Part shown: piece after piece, positions 29,222 to 40,013 of the stretch
Layout of the letters: every line of letters begins with the position of its first letter
How positions within the stretch are numbered: position 1 is the first letter of the stretch
NCBI GenBank assembly: GCA_964410725.1
Contig: CAYPID010000002.1
Span: forward strand, 118,867 to 182,866
Direction of reading: 5' to 3'
Origin: an uncultured Saprospiraceae bacterium
GTDB taxonomy: Bacteria > Bacteroidota > Bacteroidia > Chitinophagales > Saprospiraceae
DNA: 64,000 nucleotides
Translations under genes and position numbers: made by a program
Notes under the pieces: model-generated
Seen by the model: the letters and a program-made list of their open reading frames with translations, nothing else
What the model was told of the DNA's origin: nothing
The model's database searches: none

Positions 29222-32200
29222 AATAAAACTCCCTTGGATTTGACGAAGGAACACCAGGTGCATTTTTTATCACCGCATCCCTCGTCAAATTCAAGGTTTT
29301 TAATTTTTTGATAAGTCTCTACCAATAGGTTTTGAAAAACTTCCAATTCGCCTTGCTGAAATTCAACCAAATGAGATGCAGTTTTGTCCTCCTTTTGATG
29401 ACCAGTATAATCGATTTCTCCGAATTTTACCGCTGTACCATTCGAAAGAAAACTCTCTAGTAAAACCTTGTAAAAATATAATTGTACCCGATAAGTTCCG
29501 CTATATGGAGGTTCAGGTAAAATTTCTTTTAACCTGTTATTATTGGGCTTGGACGTTTTGTAATCAATCACCCTAATACTGCCATCCGCCAAATATTCGC
29601 ATTTGTCAATTTTTCCCGTAAGGGGTACCCCTTCAAATACCGTTCTCTTCACTTCGTATTCCACCTTATAATCAGGAAGCCACTTGCCGGAAGACTTATC
29701 GTGATATTCTTTTAAGGTCGTCTTCCCAAGGTGTTCAAAGATATCTCTCATATTAGGTGTGAAAAAACCATTCCTCCTTTCCATTTCATCCTCAAAAAAA
29801 TCAATCAAAGGCTTAGGATCTTTTAATTTTGCCATATCATTAGCCCCCCACCTGAAGTACCGCTCTAGCGATTTATGAATCACCGTGCCATAAGTCAAAT
29901 GATCGTTCGAAGGTTGGGGAACCTTTAAAACCTGATTGAAATAAAAAGATGTGGGACACCTTAAGTATTCATTGAGCGAAGATGCACTCAAAGCCCAATG
30001 CTCAAAAAATTCCTCCAACTGAACGGAATGGTCCTCCAAAGTCTGGCGAATACCGTACGATTTAATAGTATCTAAAATTGCTATGGTAATCTCAGCATCC
30101 TCAAACGATTTAGTTTGAATTGGATGCTGGGTCTTATTGATTACCTCATCAATAAATTGGCTGTGAGTCATTTGCTTACCATCACGCTCTAAACCAAAAG
30201 AGAGATGAAGTTGCCTTTTTGCACGAGTCATCGCTACGTAGAATAACCTTCTTTTTGCTTCTAAATCGTCTTCAGCCCCACTCAAGGTCAAGGTGTCGGG
30301 TAATGCGAACGTATTAGCTTTACCCTTTTTGTCTTCCCAGTTGTCTTTAGTCAGTTTAAACATCCATACATATTCGAATTCTAAACCCTTAGAACTGTGG
30401 GCGGTAATTAAATTAACCGCATTCCGATTAGACGAGCCAACGTACATAGGAATTGAGATGTAATGCTCCATCATACGGTCTAATTTGCCCAATAAACTGC
30501 TTATACTCAACGTAGCATCCCTTTTGATTTCATCTTCGATAAAAACCAAAAAACTCTTAATAGTTTGCAGATCCATCTCTTTGGAATCTCCTCTTAGGAT
30601 TTGTTCCATAATCCCGCTTTCCCACACTAATGATCCGACTAACTCAAGTAATGACAATTGATGGACCTGATTGATCCATTTTTCCAAAAACTTACCCGCC
30701 TTCCAAACTCTTTCTTTTTCATCCTGCTCTAATTCAGCGATTTCCAACTTGGATTGTTCTATCAACAATTCCCTCCAAAAGCTTCTTTTATCCTCCATAT
30801 TCCTTCTGTGTAAGGCCATTCGGGCAACAGTAGAAGTGCCAACATCCATAAAATCGTAATGCAGGATTGGAAATAATAAATGTTCTCCTGAAAAAGGGAC
30901 ATGGGCTTCTTTATCCAGATAATTCAATAAGTTGTAGAGCTGCTTAAAAAGTGGCAACCTCAGAATATCCACCTGCTTTCTCAACTGAACTGGAATTCCA
31001 AATTGCTTTAGATACGATGCTAAATCCTCTCCATCTTTATTCAAGTAAAAAATAACGGCCATCTCATTATAGTCTACTCCCTTATGATGAAGTTCCAGAA
31101 TCTCCTCCTTTATACCCATCATCTCTTGCAAATCATTCTCGTATTGGATGACCTTTATCCCTCCTGTAAGTTGGGCAATCGTCCTATTCTTGGCGATTAA
31201 ATTTTTGGTCAATTCAGCATTTCCTAACTTGTTAATCGCCCTAATTTCATTGTTTTCTATAGAATAGGAAGCGGCATCCAAAATTTCTTGACTTGAACGG
31301 TAATTGTCTTCCAAAACCACCAATTCCATTTCCTCACCGTATTTATGATAAATATTCTTGAGGTTCTCTAACCTAGCTCCTTGAAATTCATATATCGCCT
31401 GATCATCATCCCCAACAATAAATAAATTAGGTGCTTCCCAGAAATCTGCTAATAATTGCAAAATCTCACTTTGAGAACCATTGGTGTCTTGAAATTCATC
31501 TACTAAAAAGTATAAATACCGTTCTCTATACTCTGCCAAAATCGACTCATCTTCTTGAAAAGCTTTAAGGACCCAATTGATCATGTCCCCATATTCATAC
31601 CACCCTGCTTTTTGAAGATACCCTTCGTAAACTTTAAAATATTGAGCCGCCTCCAGCGTCGTTGCCATCCTTTTGCGCTCATTCTCTATCCTTTCAGGAT
31701 GGGGGTCACCAGGTTGGATACCCCTTTTAGCATTGGCCCTTTTATAATAAAATCCTTCTCTGCTGGGAAGTTCTGAAAGATATTTCGAAACGGCCTTTTC
31801 AATTTTGGCATAATCCCAGTTTTCAAACTTCATAATTTGAAATAAATTTCGGACATATCGCTCTTTTGCATATCTGCCACCAACCTTACTGATTAATAAA
31901 CTATCTGCTGGAACTTTATCCAATACCTTTCTAATCAAATCTATCCGATCTAAATCCGATACCACCTGCATATTGAGCTGTCCAAATTTTTCTGGATATT
32001 GTTGAATAACCATATTACAGAAAGAGTGGAAAGTGTGAATGGCTACTTTATGTGCTGCAATACCGATGAACTCTACCAATCTCTTTCTCATTGCCCAGAC
32101 CCCCGAGTCCGTATAGGTAAGACACAATATATTCTCAGGTTTGGCATCTGTCTCCATGAGAATTTTTCCAATCCTTGCAGCCAAAATATGTGTTTTCCCA

Positions 32201-32316
32201 GTTCCAGGTCCTGCAATCACCATTACGGGACCTTCAATAGTTTCCACTGCTTTTTTCTGCGAAAAATTCAATCCAGCCAATACCCTTTCAAAGGCAGGTT
32301 TCGTTTTTTTAACCAT
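29218..32316 (-). CDS. UvrD/PcrA-type SF1 helicase fused to a C-terminal PD-(D/E)XK (RecB/Cas4-like) nuclease domain with Cys cluster
   Basis: 1032 aa. Helicase motifs: AGPGTGKTH (Walker A), LVDEFQDTN, NYRSSQEIL, TAHSSKGLEFEYVWM, FYVAMTRAKRQL. Nuclease motifs in the last ~258 aa (29221-29994): LRCPTSFYF, GKIDKCEY..IRVIDYKTSK, YRVQLYFYKVLL, and a terminal C-x4-C-x2-C (CGDKKCTWC). Confidence 0.88.
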   Translation of the reverse strand: MVKKTKPAFERVLAGLNFSQKKAVETIEGPVMVIAGPGTGKTHILAARIGKILMETDAKPENILCLTYTDSGVWAMRKRLVEFIGIAAHKVAIHTFHSFCNMVIQQYPEKFGQLNMQVVSDLDRIDLIRKVLDKVPADSLLISKVGGRYAKERYVRNLFQIMKFENWDYAKIEKAVSKYLSELPSREGFYYKRANAKRGIQPGDPHPERIENERKRMATTLEAAQYFKVYEGYLQKAGWYEYGDMINWVLKAFQEDESILAEYRERYLYFLVDEFQDTNGSQSEILQLLADFWEAPNLFIVGDDDQAIYEFQGARLENLKNIYHKYGEEMELVVLEDNYRSSQEILDAASYSIENNEIRAINKLGNAELTKNLIAKNRTIAQLTGGIKVIQYENDLQEMMGIKEEILELHHKGVDYNEMAVIFYLNKDGEDLASYLKQFGIPVQLRKQVDILRLPLFKQLYNLLNYLDKEAHVPFSGEHLLFPILHYDFMDVGTSTVARMALHRRNMEDKRSFWRELLIEQSKLEIAELEQDEKERVWKAGKFLEKWINQVHQLSLLELVGSLVWESGIMEQILRGDSKEMDLQTIKSFLVFIEDEIKRDATLSISSLLGKLDRMMEHYISIPMYVGSSNRNAVNLITAHSSKGLEFEYVWMFKLTKDNWEDKKGKANTFALPDTLTLSGAEDDLEAKRRLFYVAMTRAKRQLHLSFGLERDGKQMTHSQFIDEVINKTQHPIQTKSFEDAEITIAILDTIKSYGIRQTLEDHSVQLEEFFEHWALSASSLNEYLRCPTSFYFNQVLKVPQPSNDHLTYGTVIHKSLERYFRWGANDMAKLKDPKPLIDFFEDEMERRNGFFTPNMRDIFEHLGKTTLKEYHDKSSGKWLPDYKVEYEVKRTVFEGVPLTGKIDKCEYLADGSIRVIDYKTSKPNNNRLKEILPEPPYSGTYRVQLYFYKVLLESFLSNGTAVKFGEIDYTGHQKEDKTASHLVEFQQGELEVFQNLLVETYQKIKNLEFDEGCGDKKCTWCSFVKSKGVLF

Positions 32317-32340
32317 ACTTAATGTTAGAATATAGATTTA

Positions 32341-34032
32341 TTAATTATCGTCAAAATTGAGCTCAAAAGTCTGTTGAAGGCGCTCCACCAGTGGATATTT
32401 GGCCAATAAAATCTCGTACTTCTCTTTGTTAGATAAAGGTTTAGGTACCTTCTTAATGATTCTTTGATTCTTCTTGTTAATCAACACCTTCATCATTAAG
32501 TCCTTTTTGCCAAAAAAAGTTCTAAGTCCTTCCATCAAACTAATTTCGGCTTTAAGAGCTGCTTCACCCAAAGAGGTACCTGTCTCCGCTATAACGATAT
32601 CCTTATCAATACTTAATTCTGTATTTCTCAATAAAGGTTTAATTGCGTCTTGTTGAACCTCCTCCACGTATTTAGACCAATACTCTTTTAAATTTTCTAA
32701 GTTGAACTCAGGGAATGAGATTAATTTTTCCTCTTCCTCTGTACTAATGATGTCTTCCGCCAGCTGATTTATGCTCTTCAACTTAGGCATTTTTTTTATT
32801 CCGCTCACCCCCTTAGGATTAGGAGCTTGAGGCTCAGCTACCAGATTGGCTAAATTTTTAGAAGTTGGGGGCTTTTTTACAACCGAAGGAGAAGGCTTCT
32901 CTAAGCTATTTTCATTTTTTTTTTCCGGAATTTCAAAATTCCGGTTGACATAGCACATTTTTATTAATGCCAATTCAACGTGTAATCGTCTGTTTTTAGC
33001 AGCTTTATAACTCAAATCACAACTGTTTGAAATTTCAATACCTGACAAAATGAATGATTCTGGAGAAATTTCAGACTGGTCCTGATAACGCTTTTTTAAT
33101 TGGTCCCCCACATCGAGCAAGGGAAGAGTTTCTATAGCTTTAGCCATCAACAAATCTCTAAAATGCCCTGCTAATCCATTAATAAATAAATCTGGTTCGA
33201 AACCATTTTGGACGACTTCGTCAAATAGTAAAAGCAGCGCACTTACGTCACCCAGCATCATGAACTCGGTGGCCTTAAAAAAATAATCGTAATCGAGAAT
33301 ATTCAGTTGCTCCACCGCATCCTTGTATAACAGCTGATTTCCCCCATAAGCTACTAATCGGTCAAAAATTGACAAAGCATCCCTCAATGCCCCATCCGAT
33401 TTTTGAGCAATGATGTGTAAAGCATCATTTTCTGCTTTTATTCCCTCCATTTGGCAAATTCCATTGAGATGCGATACCATTTGTACTGGCTCAATTCTTT
33501 TGAAATCATAAATCTGACAACGAGAGAGAATGGTAGGTAAAATTTTATGACGCTCCGTAGTAGCTAAAATGAAGATGGCATGAGGAGGAGGTTCTTCCAA
33601 AGTCTTTAAAAACGCATTAAAAGCAGCAGAGGACAGCATGTGAACCTCATCAATAATAAATACCTTATACCTTCCCTTTTGGGGCTGAAAACGAACTTGT
33701 TCTACCAAGCCTTTGATATGATCTACCGTGTTGTTGGAAGCTGCATCCAGTTCTATGATGTTAAATGAACTATTGGTGTTGAATGACAAACAGGAGTTAC
33801 ATTGATTACACGGCTCTTTATCCTCACCAGGATTCTCACAATTAATTACTCTGGCCAAAATTCTGGCACAGGTGGTTTTACCCACTCCCCTTGGTCCACA
33901 AAATAAAAATGCGTGGGCCAAATGATTGCTAACTAAAGCCTTTTTAAGGGTTTGAGTAATATGTTGTTGACCTACAACCTCGTCAAACCTGACGGGTCTG
34001 TATTTTCTAGCAGATACCACATAATTACTCAT
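32341..34032 (-). CDS. dnaX: DNA polymerase III subunit gamma/tau
   Basis: 563 aa. AAA+ clamp-loader motifs: YRPVRFDEVVGQ, GPRGVGKTT, the zinc module CNQCNSC, IIDEVHMLS, and sensor SRCQ. Confidence 0.95.
   Translation of the reverse strand: MSNYVVSARKYRPVRFDEVVGQQHITQTLKKALVSNHLAHAFLFCGPRGVGKTTCARILARVINCENPGEDKEPCNQCNSCLSFNTNSSFNIIELDAASNNTVDHIKGLVEQVRFQPQKGRYKVFIIDEVHMLSSAAFNAFLKTLEEPPPHAIFILATTERHKILPTILSRCQIYDFKRIEPVQMVSHLNGICQMEGIKAENDALHIIAQKSDGALRDALSIFDRLVAYGGNQLLYKDAVEQLNILDYDYFFKATEFMMLGDVSALLLLFDEVVQNGFEPDLFINGLAGHFRDLLMAKAIETLPLLDVGDQLKKRYQDQSEISPESFILSGIEISNSCDLSYKAAKNRRLHVELALIKMCYVNRNFEIPEKKNENSLEKPSPSVVKKPPTSKNLANLVAEPQAPNPKGVSGIKKMPKLKSINQLAEDIISTEEEEKLISFPEFNLENLKEYWSKYVEEVQQDAIKPLLRNTELSIDKDIVIAETGTSLGEAALKAEISLMEGLRTFFGKKDLMMKVLINKKNQRIIKKVPKPLSNKEKYEILLAKYPLVERLQQTFELNFDDN
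32915..32924 (-). other. A10 homopolymer (T10 on the plus strand) inside dnaX; candidate slippage / frameshift site
   Basis: The mRNA reads CCG GAA AAA AAA AAT GAA AAT AGC TTA G (codons 369-377). The -1 frame gives AAA AAA AAA TGA. The +1 frame gives AAA AAA AAA ATG AAA ATA GCT TAG. It is the longest homopolymer I noticed in the window. Confidence 0.45.
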
Positions 34033-34055
34033 ACCAACCTATAAAAGTGAAGATT

Positions 34056-34063
34056 CAAATATA
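34056..34063 (-). promoter_or_regulatory. Candidate -7 box (dnaX)
   Basis: Plus-strand CAAATATA equals TATATTTG on the minus strand, 23 nt upstream of the dnaX ATG. Confidence 0.4.
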
Positions 34064-34102
34064 AGCCTTTAAACATTTAACCACCAAATTTGGTTTGGCG
34101 AG

Positions 34103-34110
34103 TATCTTTG
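34103..34110 (+). promoter_or_regulatory. Candidate -7 box (nadE, possibly leaderless)
   Basis: TATCTTTG ends only 4 nt before the nadE ATG. Confidence 0.3.
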
Positions 34111-34114
34111 CGCC

Positions 34115-35752
34115 ATGAAAATATCACTTGCACAACTAGACCCTATTATAGGGGATTTTAAGACTAATGGTCTCAAAATTCAAAAATTTATTCACACTGC
34201 CATTGATCAAGGTTCAGATTTAATCTGTTTTCCTGAACTTGCTACCTGTGGATATCCCCCGCAAGATTTGCTGTTGTTTGACGATTTTCTAAAAGAATCC
34301 AACGCGTTAATTGATGCCTTACGTCCCTTCTCTAACAAAATTGGCATTATCATTGGCGCACCTTTAATAAACGAAAAACCAAATGGAAAGCCACTTTTCA
34401 ATGCTGCCTATTTTTTACATCAGGGTATTATTCAAAAAGTAATTAAAAAAACCTTATTACCTACTTATGATATTTTTGATGAAAACAGATATTTTGAATC
34501 CAATGACGAGTGGGATTTAATCTACTTCAAGGATAAAAAAATAGCGCTAACTATATGTGAAGATATTTGGAATATAGGACCTCAAAAGCCTCTTTATAGG
34601 ACGACCCCAATGGATCAATTGAGCGCATTACAACCAGATCTAATGATCAACATTAGTGCTTCTCCTTTTTCAAAAGACCACCACCTCGATAGACTGGCAG
34701 TATTGCAAGCCAATTTTAATCAATATCAAATTCCAATATTTTATGTGAATCAAGTAGGAGCCCAGACTGATATTTTATTTGACGGAGGCTCCTGTGTTTT
34801 GGATGAAAATGGCAAAGTAGTGGCTGAGTTTCCGGAATTTGAAGAGCGTATGCAAACTTTCGATACAGGAGATTTGGCCGCTGAATATCGGAAAGTTCCT
34901 GGGAGTTCAAATAATCTTGCTTTTTTGGAAAAAGCACTTATTGCCGGGATAAAAGGTTTCTTTAGCAAACTTAATATAAAAACTGCCGTCTTAGGTCTTT
35001 CAGGAGGAATTGATTCCGCTGTTACTGCAGTTTTGGCCGTTAAGGCACTAGGGCCACAAAATGTTAGGGCACTATTAATGCCCTCTAAATATTCCTCTGA
35101 CCATTCTGTTGATGATGCGGTAACTCTGGCTAATAATCTTTCCATTGCCTATGATATTCTTCCTATTCACGAATTGGTAGCAGCATATGATCAAAATTTA
35201 AGCCCTCTCTTCGCCAATACAACATTTTCTTTAGCAGAAGAAAATATTCAAGCTCGAATACGTGGCAACCTACTTATGGCCATCTCTAATAAGTTTGGCA
35301 ACCTATTGTTGAATACTAGCAATAAAAGTGAAATGGCCGTAGGATACGGGACCCTTTACGGCGACTTATGTGGCGGATTATCGGTTTTGGGGGATGTATA
35401 TAAAACGGAAGTTTATGAACTAGCTCATTGGATGAACCAAAATGAAGAAATTATTCCCTCTCATACCATTTCCAAACCACCTTCAGCTGAACTAAGACCT
35501 GATCAAAAAGATTCTGATTCTTTGCCACCTTATGAGGTTCTCGATCAAATACTCTTAAGATATATTGAAAAGGAGCAAAGTGCCTCAGCAATAATTGCCC
35601 AGGGATTCAATCGGGATACTGTCCATCAAATTTTGAATATGGTCAATAGAAATGAATTCAAAAGATACCAAACAGCTCCTGTTTTGCGGGTAACCAAAAA
35701 ATCCTTTGGCAGTGGCAGAAGACTTCCTATTGTGGCTAAATTTTCCAATTAA
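34115..35752 (+). CDS. nadE: Glutamine-dependent NAD+ synthetase
   Basis: 545 aa. N-terminal CN-hydrolase domain (MKISLAQLDP..., CFPEL, ..LTICEDIW) plus a C-terminal NAD synthetase domain (LGLSGGIDSAV P-loop). Confidence 0.93.
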   Translation: MKISLAQLDPIIGDFKTNGLKIQKFIHTAIDQGSDLICFPELATCGYPPQDLLLFDDFLKESNALIDALRPFSNKIGIIIGAPLINEKPNGKPLFNAAYFLHQGIIQKVIKKTLLPTYDIFDENRYFESNDEWDLIYFKDKKIALTICEDIWNIGPQKPLYRTTPMDQLSALQPDLMINISASPFSKDHHLDRLAVLQANFNQYQIPIFYVNQVGAQTDILFDGGSCVLDENGKVVAEFPEFEERMQTFDTGDLAAEYRKVPGSSNNLAFLEKALIAGIKGFFSKLNIKTAVLGLSGGIDSAVTAVLAVKALGPQNVRALLMPSKYSSDHSVDDAVTLANNLSIAYDILPIHELVAAYDQNLSPLFANTTFSLAEENIQARIRGNLLMAISNKFGNLLLNTSNKSEMAVGYGTLYGDLCGGLSVLGDVYKTEVYELAHWMNQNEEIIPSHTISKPPSAELRPDQKDSDSLPPYEVLDQILLRYIEKEQSASAIIAQGFNRDTVHQILNMVNRNEFKRYQTAPVLRVTKKSFGSGRRLPIVAKFSN

Positions 35753-35783
35753 AAGGAATCTTATGGGAGTCAATTTTTTATCC

Positions 35784-35791
35784 TAAATTTG
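35784..35791 (+). promoter_or_regulatory. Candidate -7 box (ettA)
   Basis: TAAATTTG, 41 nt before the ettA ATG, with an A-rich leader. Confidence 0.4.
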
Positions 35792-35832
35792 AACGCAACT
35801 CCTGAATTCATTCAACAAACAACAAAAAAAAC

Positions 35833-37512
35833 ATGTCTGACAACAAAGTGATTTTCGCCATGGAAGGTGTTTCAAAAACCTTCCCACCAAGTAAAAAGGT
35901 CCTCAACAATATTTGGTTATCCTTTTTCTATGGAGCAAAAATTGGCGTACTAGGTCTAAATGGATCTGGAAAATCTACTTTACTTAAGATTATTGCAGGG
36001 GTAGATCAAAACTTTGATGGAAAAGTAAGTTTCGACAAGAGTTATAAAATAGGGTACCTTCAGCAAGAACCCGAATTGGATGAGAGTAAGACCGTCAAAC
36101 AAGTCGTTGAGGAAGGGGTGCAAGAAATTGTTGACATGATGCAAGCCTATGAGGACATCAATTTAAAATTGGCAGAACCCATGGATAATGACCAAATGAT
36201 GGCCTTGATAGAACAACAAGGTGATCTGATGGAAAAATTGGAACACGCCAATGCCTGGGAGTTAGACAACAAACTCAATACGGCTATGGAGGCTTTGAGG
36301 TGTCCACCTGAAGATGCTTTGATTGGCCCTTTGTCCGGAGGAGAAAAAAGGAGAGTGGCATTGGCAAGACTGTTGCTTTCTAATCCTGACATTCTACTCT
36401 TGGATGAACCTACTAACCATTTAGATGCTGAATCTGTGCATTGGTTAGAACAATTCCTGAAGAACTTTCCAGGTACCGTTATTGCCGTTACGCACGATAG
36501 ATATTTCCTCGATAATGTTGCGGGTTGGATATTGGAATTAGACCGTGGAGAGGGAATTCCATGGCAGGGTAATTATTCTTCTTGGTTAGAGCAGAAAGCC
36601 AAAAGATTAGAGCAAGAAGAAAAATCAGAAAGTAAGAGACGTAAAACCTTACAACGAGAATTAGAGTGGATAAGAATGGCGCCTAAAGCCAAGCAAGCTA
36701 AAGGGAAAGCAAGATTAAATGCGTATGAAAAACTTGCTGAAGAGGAGTCAAAAGCAAAAGAAGCCAAACTTGAGATTTTTATTCCAACAGGTCCTAGACT
36801 TGGAGATAAAGTAATTGAAATTGAAGGAGTATCTAAAGGATTTGGCGATCGATTGTTAATTGATAATTTAAATATGTCTGTCCCCAAAAATGCCATTGTA
36901 GGGATTATAGGTCCCAATGGAGTTGGTAAATCAACGCTTTTCAGGATGATTATGGGACAAGAGCAACCGGATAAAGGGAAAATCGTTTTGGGCGATACCG
37001 TTCAATTGGCTTATGTGGATCAGAGTCACAACGAGTTGCAGGACGGTGAAAAAACCGTATATGAGGTGATCAGCGGTGGACTAGACCTGATAACAGTGGG
37101 CGCAACCTCAGTTAATGCAAGAGCATACTTAAGTAAATTCAATTTTTCTGGTCCAGATCAACAAAAGAAAATTGGAATGTTATCCGGTGGAGAAAGGAAT
37201 CGAGTACACCTAGCCATGACCCTCAAAGAGGGCGGTAATGTATTATTATTGGATGAACCTACGAATGACATTGATGTAAATACCTTGCGGGCATTAGAAG
37301 ATGCATTAGATGATTTTGCAGGATGTGTAATGGTCATTTCTCACGATAGATGGTTTATCGACCGACTAGCCACGCATATATTAGCCTTTGAAGATGATGG
37401 CAGCATTGTATTTTTTGAGGGTAATTACACGGATTACGAAGAAGCTAAAAAAGAGCGCCTTGGTGATATTACTCCGAAGAGACCAAGATTCAAGAATGTA
37501 ATTAATCGATAA
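35833..37512 (+). CDS. ettA: Energy-dependent translational throttle protein EttA (ABC-F ATPase)
   Basis: 559 aa with two ABC cassettes (GLNGSGKST / LSGGEKRR ; GPNGVGKST / LSGGERNR) and a charged inter-domain linker. There are no TM segments. Confidence 0.9.
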   Translation: MSDNKVIFAMEGVSKTFPPSKKVLNNIWLSFFYGAKIGVLGLNGSGKSTLLKIIAGVDQNFDGKVSFDKSYKIGYLQQEPELDESKTVKQVVEEGVQEIVDMMQAYEDINLKLAEPMDNDQMMALIEQQGDLMEKLEHANAWELDNKLNTAMEALRCPPEDALIGPLSGGEKRRVALARLLLSNPDILLLDEPTNHLDAESVHWLEQFLKNFPGTVIAVTHDRYFLDNVAGWILELDRGEGIPWQGNYSSWLEQKAKRLEQEEKSESKRRKTLQRELEWIRMAPKAKQAKGKARLNAYEKLAEEESKAKEAKLEIFIPTGPRLGDKVIEIEGVSKGFGDRLLIDNLNMSVPKNAIVGIIGPNGVGKSTLFRMIMGQEQPDKGKIVLGDTVQLAYVDQSHNELQDGEKTVYEVISGGLDLITVGATSVNARAYLSKFNFSGPDQQKKIGMLSGGERNRVHLAMTLKEGGNVLLLDEPTNDIDVNTLRALEDALDDFAGCVMVISHDRWFIDRLATHILAFEDDGSIVFFEGNYTDYEEAKKERLGDITPKRPRFKNVINR

Positions 37513-37517
37513 ATTAA

Positions 37518-38075
37518 CTACTCTTTCCACTTGATGTTGCAGCCTCCACTGGGATACTGAACGGAGCTGACTGGTTTTTGAGCAAGTACGGCATCCAAAG
37601 CTTCGCGCAAGTCTTTTCCCGTAAGGGGCTTATCATTTCCTGGTCTGGAATCATCGAGTCTTCCTCGATAAACCAACGAGTTATTTTGATCGAAAAGGAA
37701 AAAATCTGGCGTACAAGCAGCATCGTAAGATCGGGCAACCTCTTGAGTTTCGTCATATAAATAGGGGAAATCGTAGCCCTCTTTCAAAGCGTGTTCTTTC
37801 ATCAATTCTGGCCCATCTTGTGGATAATTATCCGCATCGTTAGAGCTGATTCCTATAAATCCTACCCCGCGCTTCTTATAGTCCTGAACCAATCGAACTA
37901 ATTCTGGATTGACGTGAATCACATAAGGGCAATGGTTACACAAGAACATGACCAAAGTGGCTTTATTGCTAAACAAATTATCCGAATCTAAAATTTTATC
38001 TGATACAGTGTCCTGTAATCTAAACTTTGGAGCTTTTGTCCCTAAGGGTAACATTTTGGATGGTGTGAAAGACAT
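37518..38075 (-). CDS. Thioredoxin-fold thiol-disulfide oxidoreductase (AhpC/TSA-like family)
   Basis: 185 aa with CxxC motif FLCNHCPYV in a thioredoxin-like context and no signal peptide. Confidence 0.75.
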   Translation of the reverse strand: MSFTPSKMLPLGTKAPKFRLQDTVSDKILDSDNLFSNKATLVMFLCNHCPYVIHVNPELVRLVQDYKKRGVGFIGISSNDADNYPQDGPELMKEHALKEGYDFPYLYDETQEVARSYDAACTPDFFLFDQNNSLVYRGRLDDSRPGNDKPLTGKDLREALDAVLAQKPVSSVQYPSGGCNIKWKE

Positions 38076-38120
38076 CTAATTGCTTTTTGGCTAAATTAAA
38101 TTTTATGTTATCAATATTCG

Positions 38121-38128
38121 TATTTTTG
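38121..38128 (+). promoter_or_regulatory. Candidate -7 box (mnmG operon)
   Basis: TATTTTTG, 20 nt before the mnmG ATG. Confidence 0.4.
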
Positions 38129-38148
38129 CTCACATAATTACAAATTAT

Positions 38149-40011
38149 ATGTTTCCCGAATATGACGTCATAGTTGTTGGTGCTGGGCACGCTGGTTGCG
38201 AAGCTGCTGTTGCTGCAGGTAATTTAGGCTCCAAGGTTTTATTAGCTACCATGAATATGCAGACTATTGCTCAAATGTCGTGCAATCCGGCCATGGGTGG
38301 AGTGGCTAAGGGCCAGATTGTCAGAGAAATAGATGCTTTAGGAGGATATTCAGGCATAGTTACTGATCATACGCTCATCCAATTCAGAATGTTGAATCGT
38401 TCTAAAGGGCCAGCTATGTGGAGCCCAAGGGCACAGAGTGATCGGGCTGAATTTGCCGCCAAATGGCGACAAATGTTAGAGGCTCACCCAAATATTGATT
38501 TTTGGCAAGAAATGGTTACAGGATTGATCGTCAAGGACAATCGGGTAAAAGGAGTGTATACCAGTTTGGGATTGGAAATTCCCGGAAAATCCGTCGTACT
38601 AACCAATGGCACTTTTCTAAATGGAATCATTCATATAGGAGAAAAAAAATTAGGCGGTGGCAGAGCTGGGGAGCGCGCTGCTAAAGGTATAACTGAACAA
38701 TTGGTAGAATTAGGTTTTGAATCTGGAAGGATGAAAACGGGAACTCCGCCAAGAATAGACGGAAGAACTATTAATTATCAAAAACTTGAGGAACAACCCG
38801 GAGACGAAAATCCTGGAAAATTTTCCTACATCAATACTCCTACCGCTACTAACCAGATTCCCTGTCATATTGCCTATACCAGTGCTGAGGTACATGAAAC
38901 ACTAAAGGAAGGCTTTGACCGTTCACCAATGTTTAATGGCAGAATTCAAGGACTTGGGCCCAGGTATTGCCCCTCTATTGAAGATAAAATAGAAAGGTTT
39001 GCCGACAGAGACCGACACCAATTATTTGTTGAGCCAGAGGGCAGAAACACTTGCGAAGTTTATGTGAATGGATTTTCTTCTTCACTTCCTGAAGATGTTC
39101 AATATAAAGCCATAAGAAAGGTGGTTGGTTTTGAAAATGCTAAAATGTTTCGCCCTGGATATGCGATAGAGTACGACTTTTTTCCACCTACTCAACTTAA
39201 AACTAGTTTGGAAACCAAACTGGTCAACGGATTATATTTTGCAGGCCAAATAAATGGCACTACTGGATATGAAGAGGCTGCGGGTCAAGGTTATATTGCC
39301 GGAATTAATGCGCATTTGAAAGTTAATGAGTTAGATCCTTTTGTATTAGGGCGATCCGATGCTTACATAGGTGTTTTAATAGATGATTTAGTGCATAAAG
39401 GGACTCAAGAACCTTACCGCATGTTTACCTCCAGAGCCGAATACAGAATTCTTTTACGACAGGATAACGCTGATATTAGATTAACGCCCCTTGCACAAAA
39501 AATAGGGATTCGAGGAGCTGACCTTAGAATGGATCAAGTGAAAGAAAAAATAAATGCTGCGGCAGAAATTGAGAAATTTTTTCATCAATACAGTGTGGAA
39601 CCCAACTTGATAAATGGATATTTGGAACAAATCAATTCCGCGCCTATTAGGCAAAAAGTAAAGCTCCATAGCATCTTAGTCAGACCACATGTATACATGG
39701 AATCGCTTTTGAATACACTACCTGAAGTTGCTAATTTTTTGAGTTCCTACCCTAAAGAATATTCCGAATTGGCCGAAATCAATATGAAGTACGACGGTTA
39801 TATAAAAAAGGAAAACGAAATGGTCGATAAAATGGCCAAACTGGAAAAGGTTAAGCTCCGTATTCCGGATTATCACCAATTACAATCCCTTTCAGCTGAA
39901 GCTAGAGAAAAATTAACTCAAATTCAGCCTGAGACCATCGGGCAAGCTAGTAGGATCAGCGGAGTTTCTCCAGCAGATATATCGGTTTTATTAGTACACC
40001 TGGGCAGATAA
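38149..40011 (+). CDS. mnmG: tRNA uridine 5-carboxymethylaminomethyl modification enzyme MnmG (GidA)
   Basis: 620 aa with FAD-binding N-terminus [16 protein letters not shown] and conserved MSCNPAMGG and [13 protein letters not shown] motifs. Confidence 0.96.
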   Translation: MFPEYDVIVVGAGHAGCEAAVAAGNLGSKVLLATMNMQTIAQMSCNPAMGGVAKGQIVREIDALGGYSGIVTDHTLIQFRMLNRSKGPAMWSPRAQSDRAEFAAKWRQMLEAHPNIDFWQEMVTGLIVKDNRVKGVYTSLGLEIPGKSVVLTNGTFLNGIIHIGEKKLGGGRAGERAAKGITEQLVELGFESGRMKTGTPPRIDGRTINYQKLEEQPGDENPGKFSYINTPTATNQIPCHIAYTSAEVHETLKEGFDRSPMFNGRIQGLGPRYCPSIEDKIERFADRDRHQLFVEPEGRNTCEVYVNGFSSSLPEDVQYKAIRKVVGFENAKMFRPGYAIEYDFFPPTQLKTSLETKLVNGLYFAGQINGTTGYEEAAGQGYIAGINAHLKVNELDPFVLGRSDAYIGVLIDDLVHKGTQEPYRMFTSRAEYRILLRQDNADIRLTPLAQKIGIRGADLRMDQVKEKINAAAEIEKFFHQYSVEPNLINGYLEQINSAPIRQKVKLHSILVRPHVYMESLLNTLPEVANFLSSYPKEYSELAEINMKYDGYIKKENEMVDKMAKLEKVKLRIPDYHQLQSLSAEAREKLTQIQPETIGQASRISGVSPADISVLLVHLGR

Positions 40012-40013
40012 AT

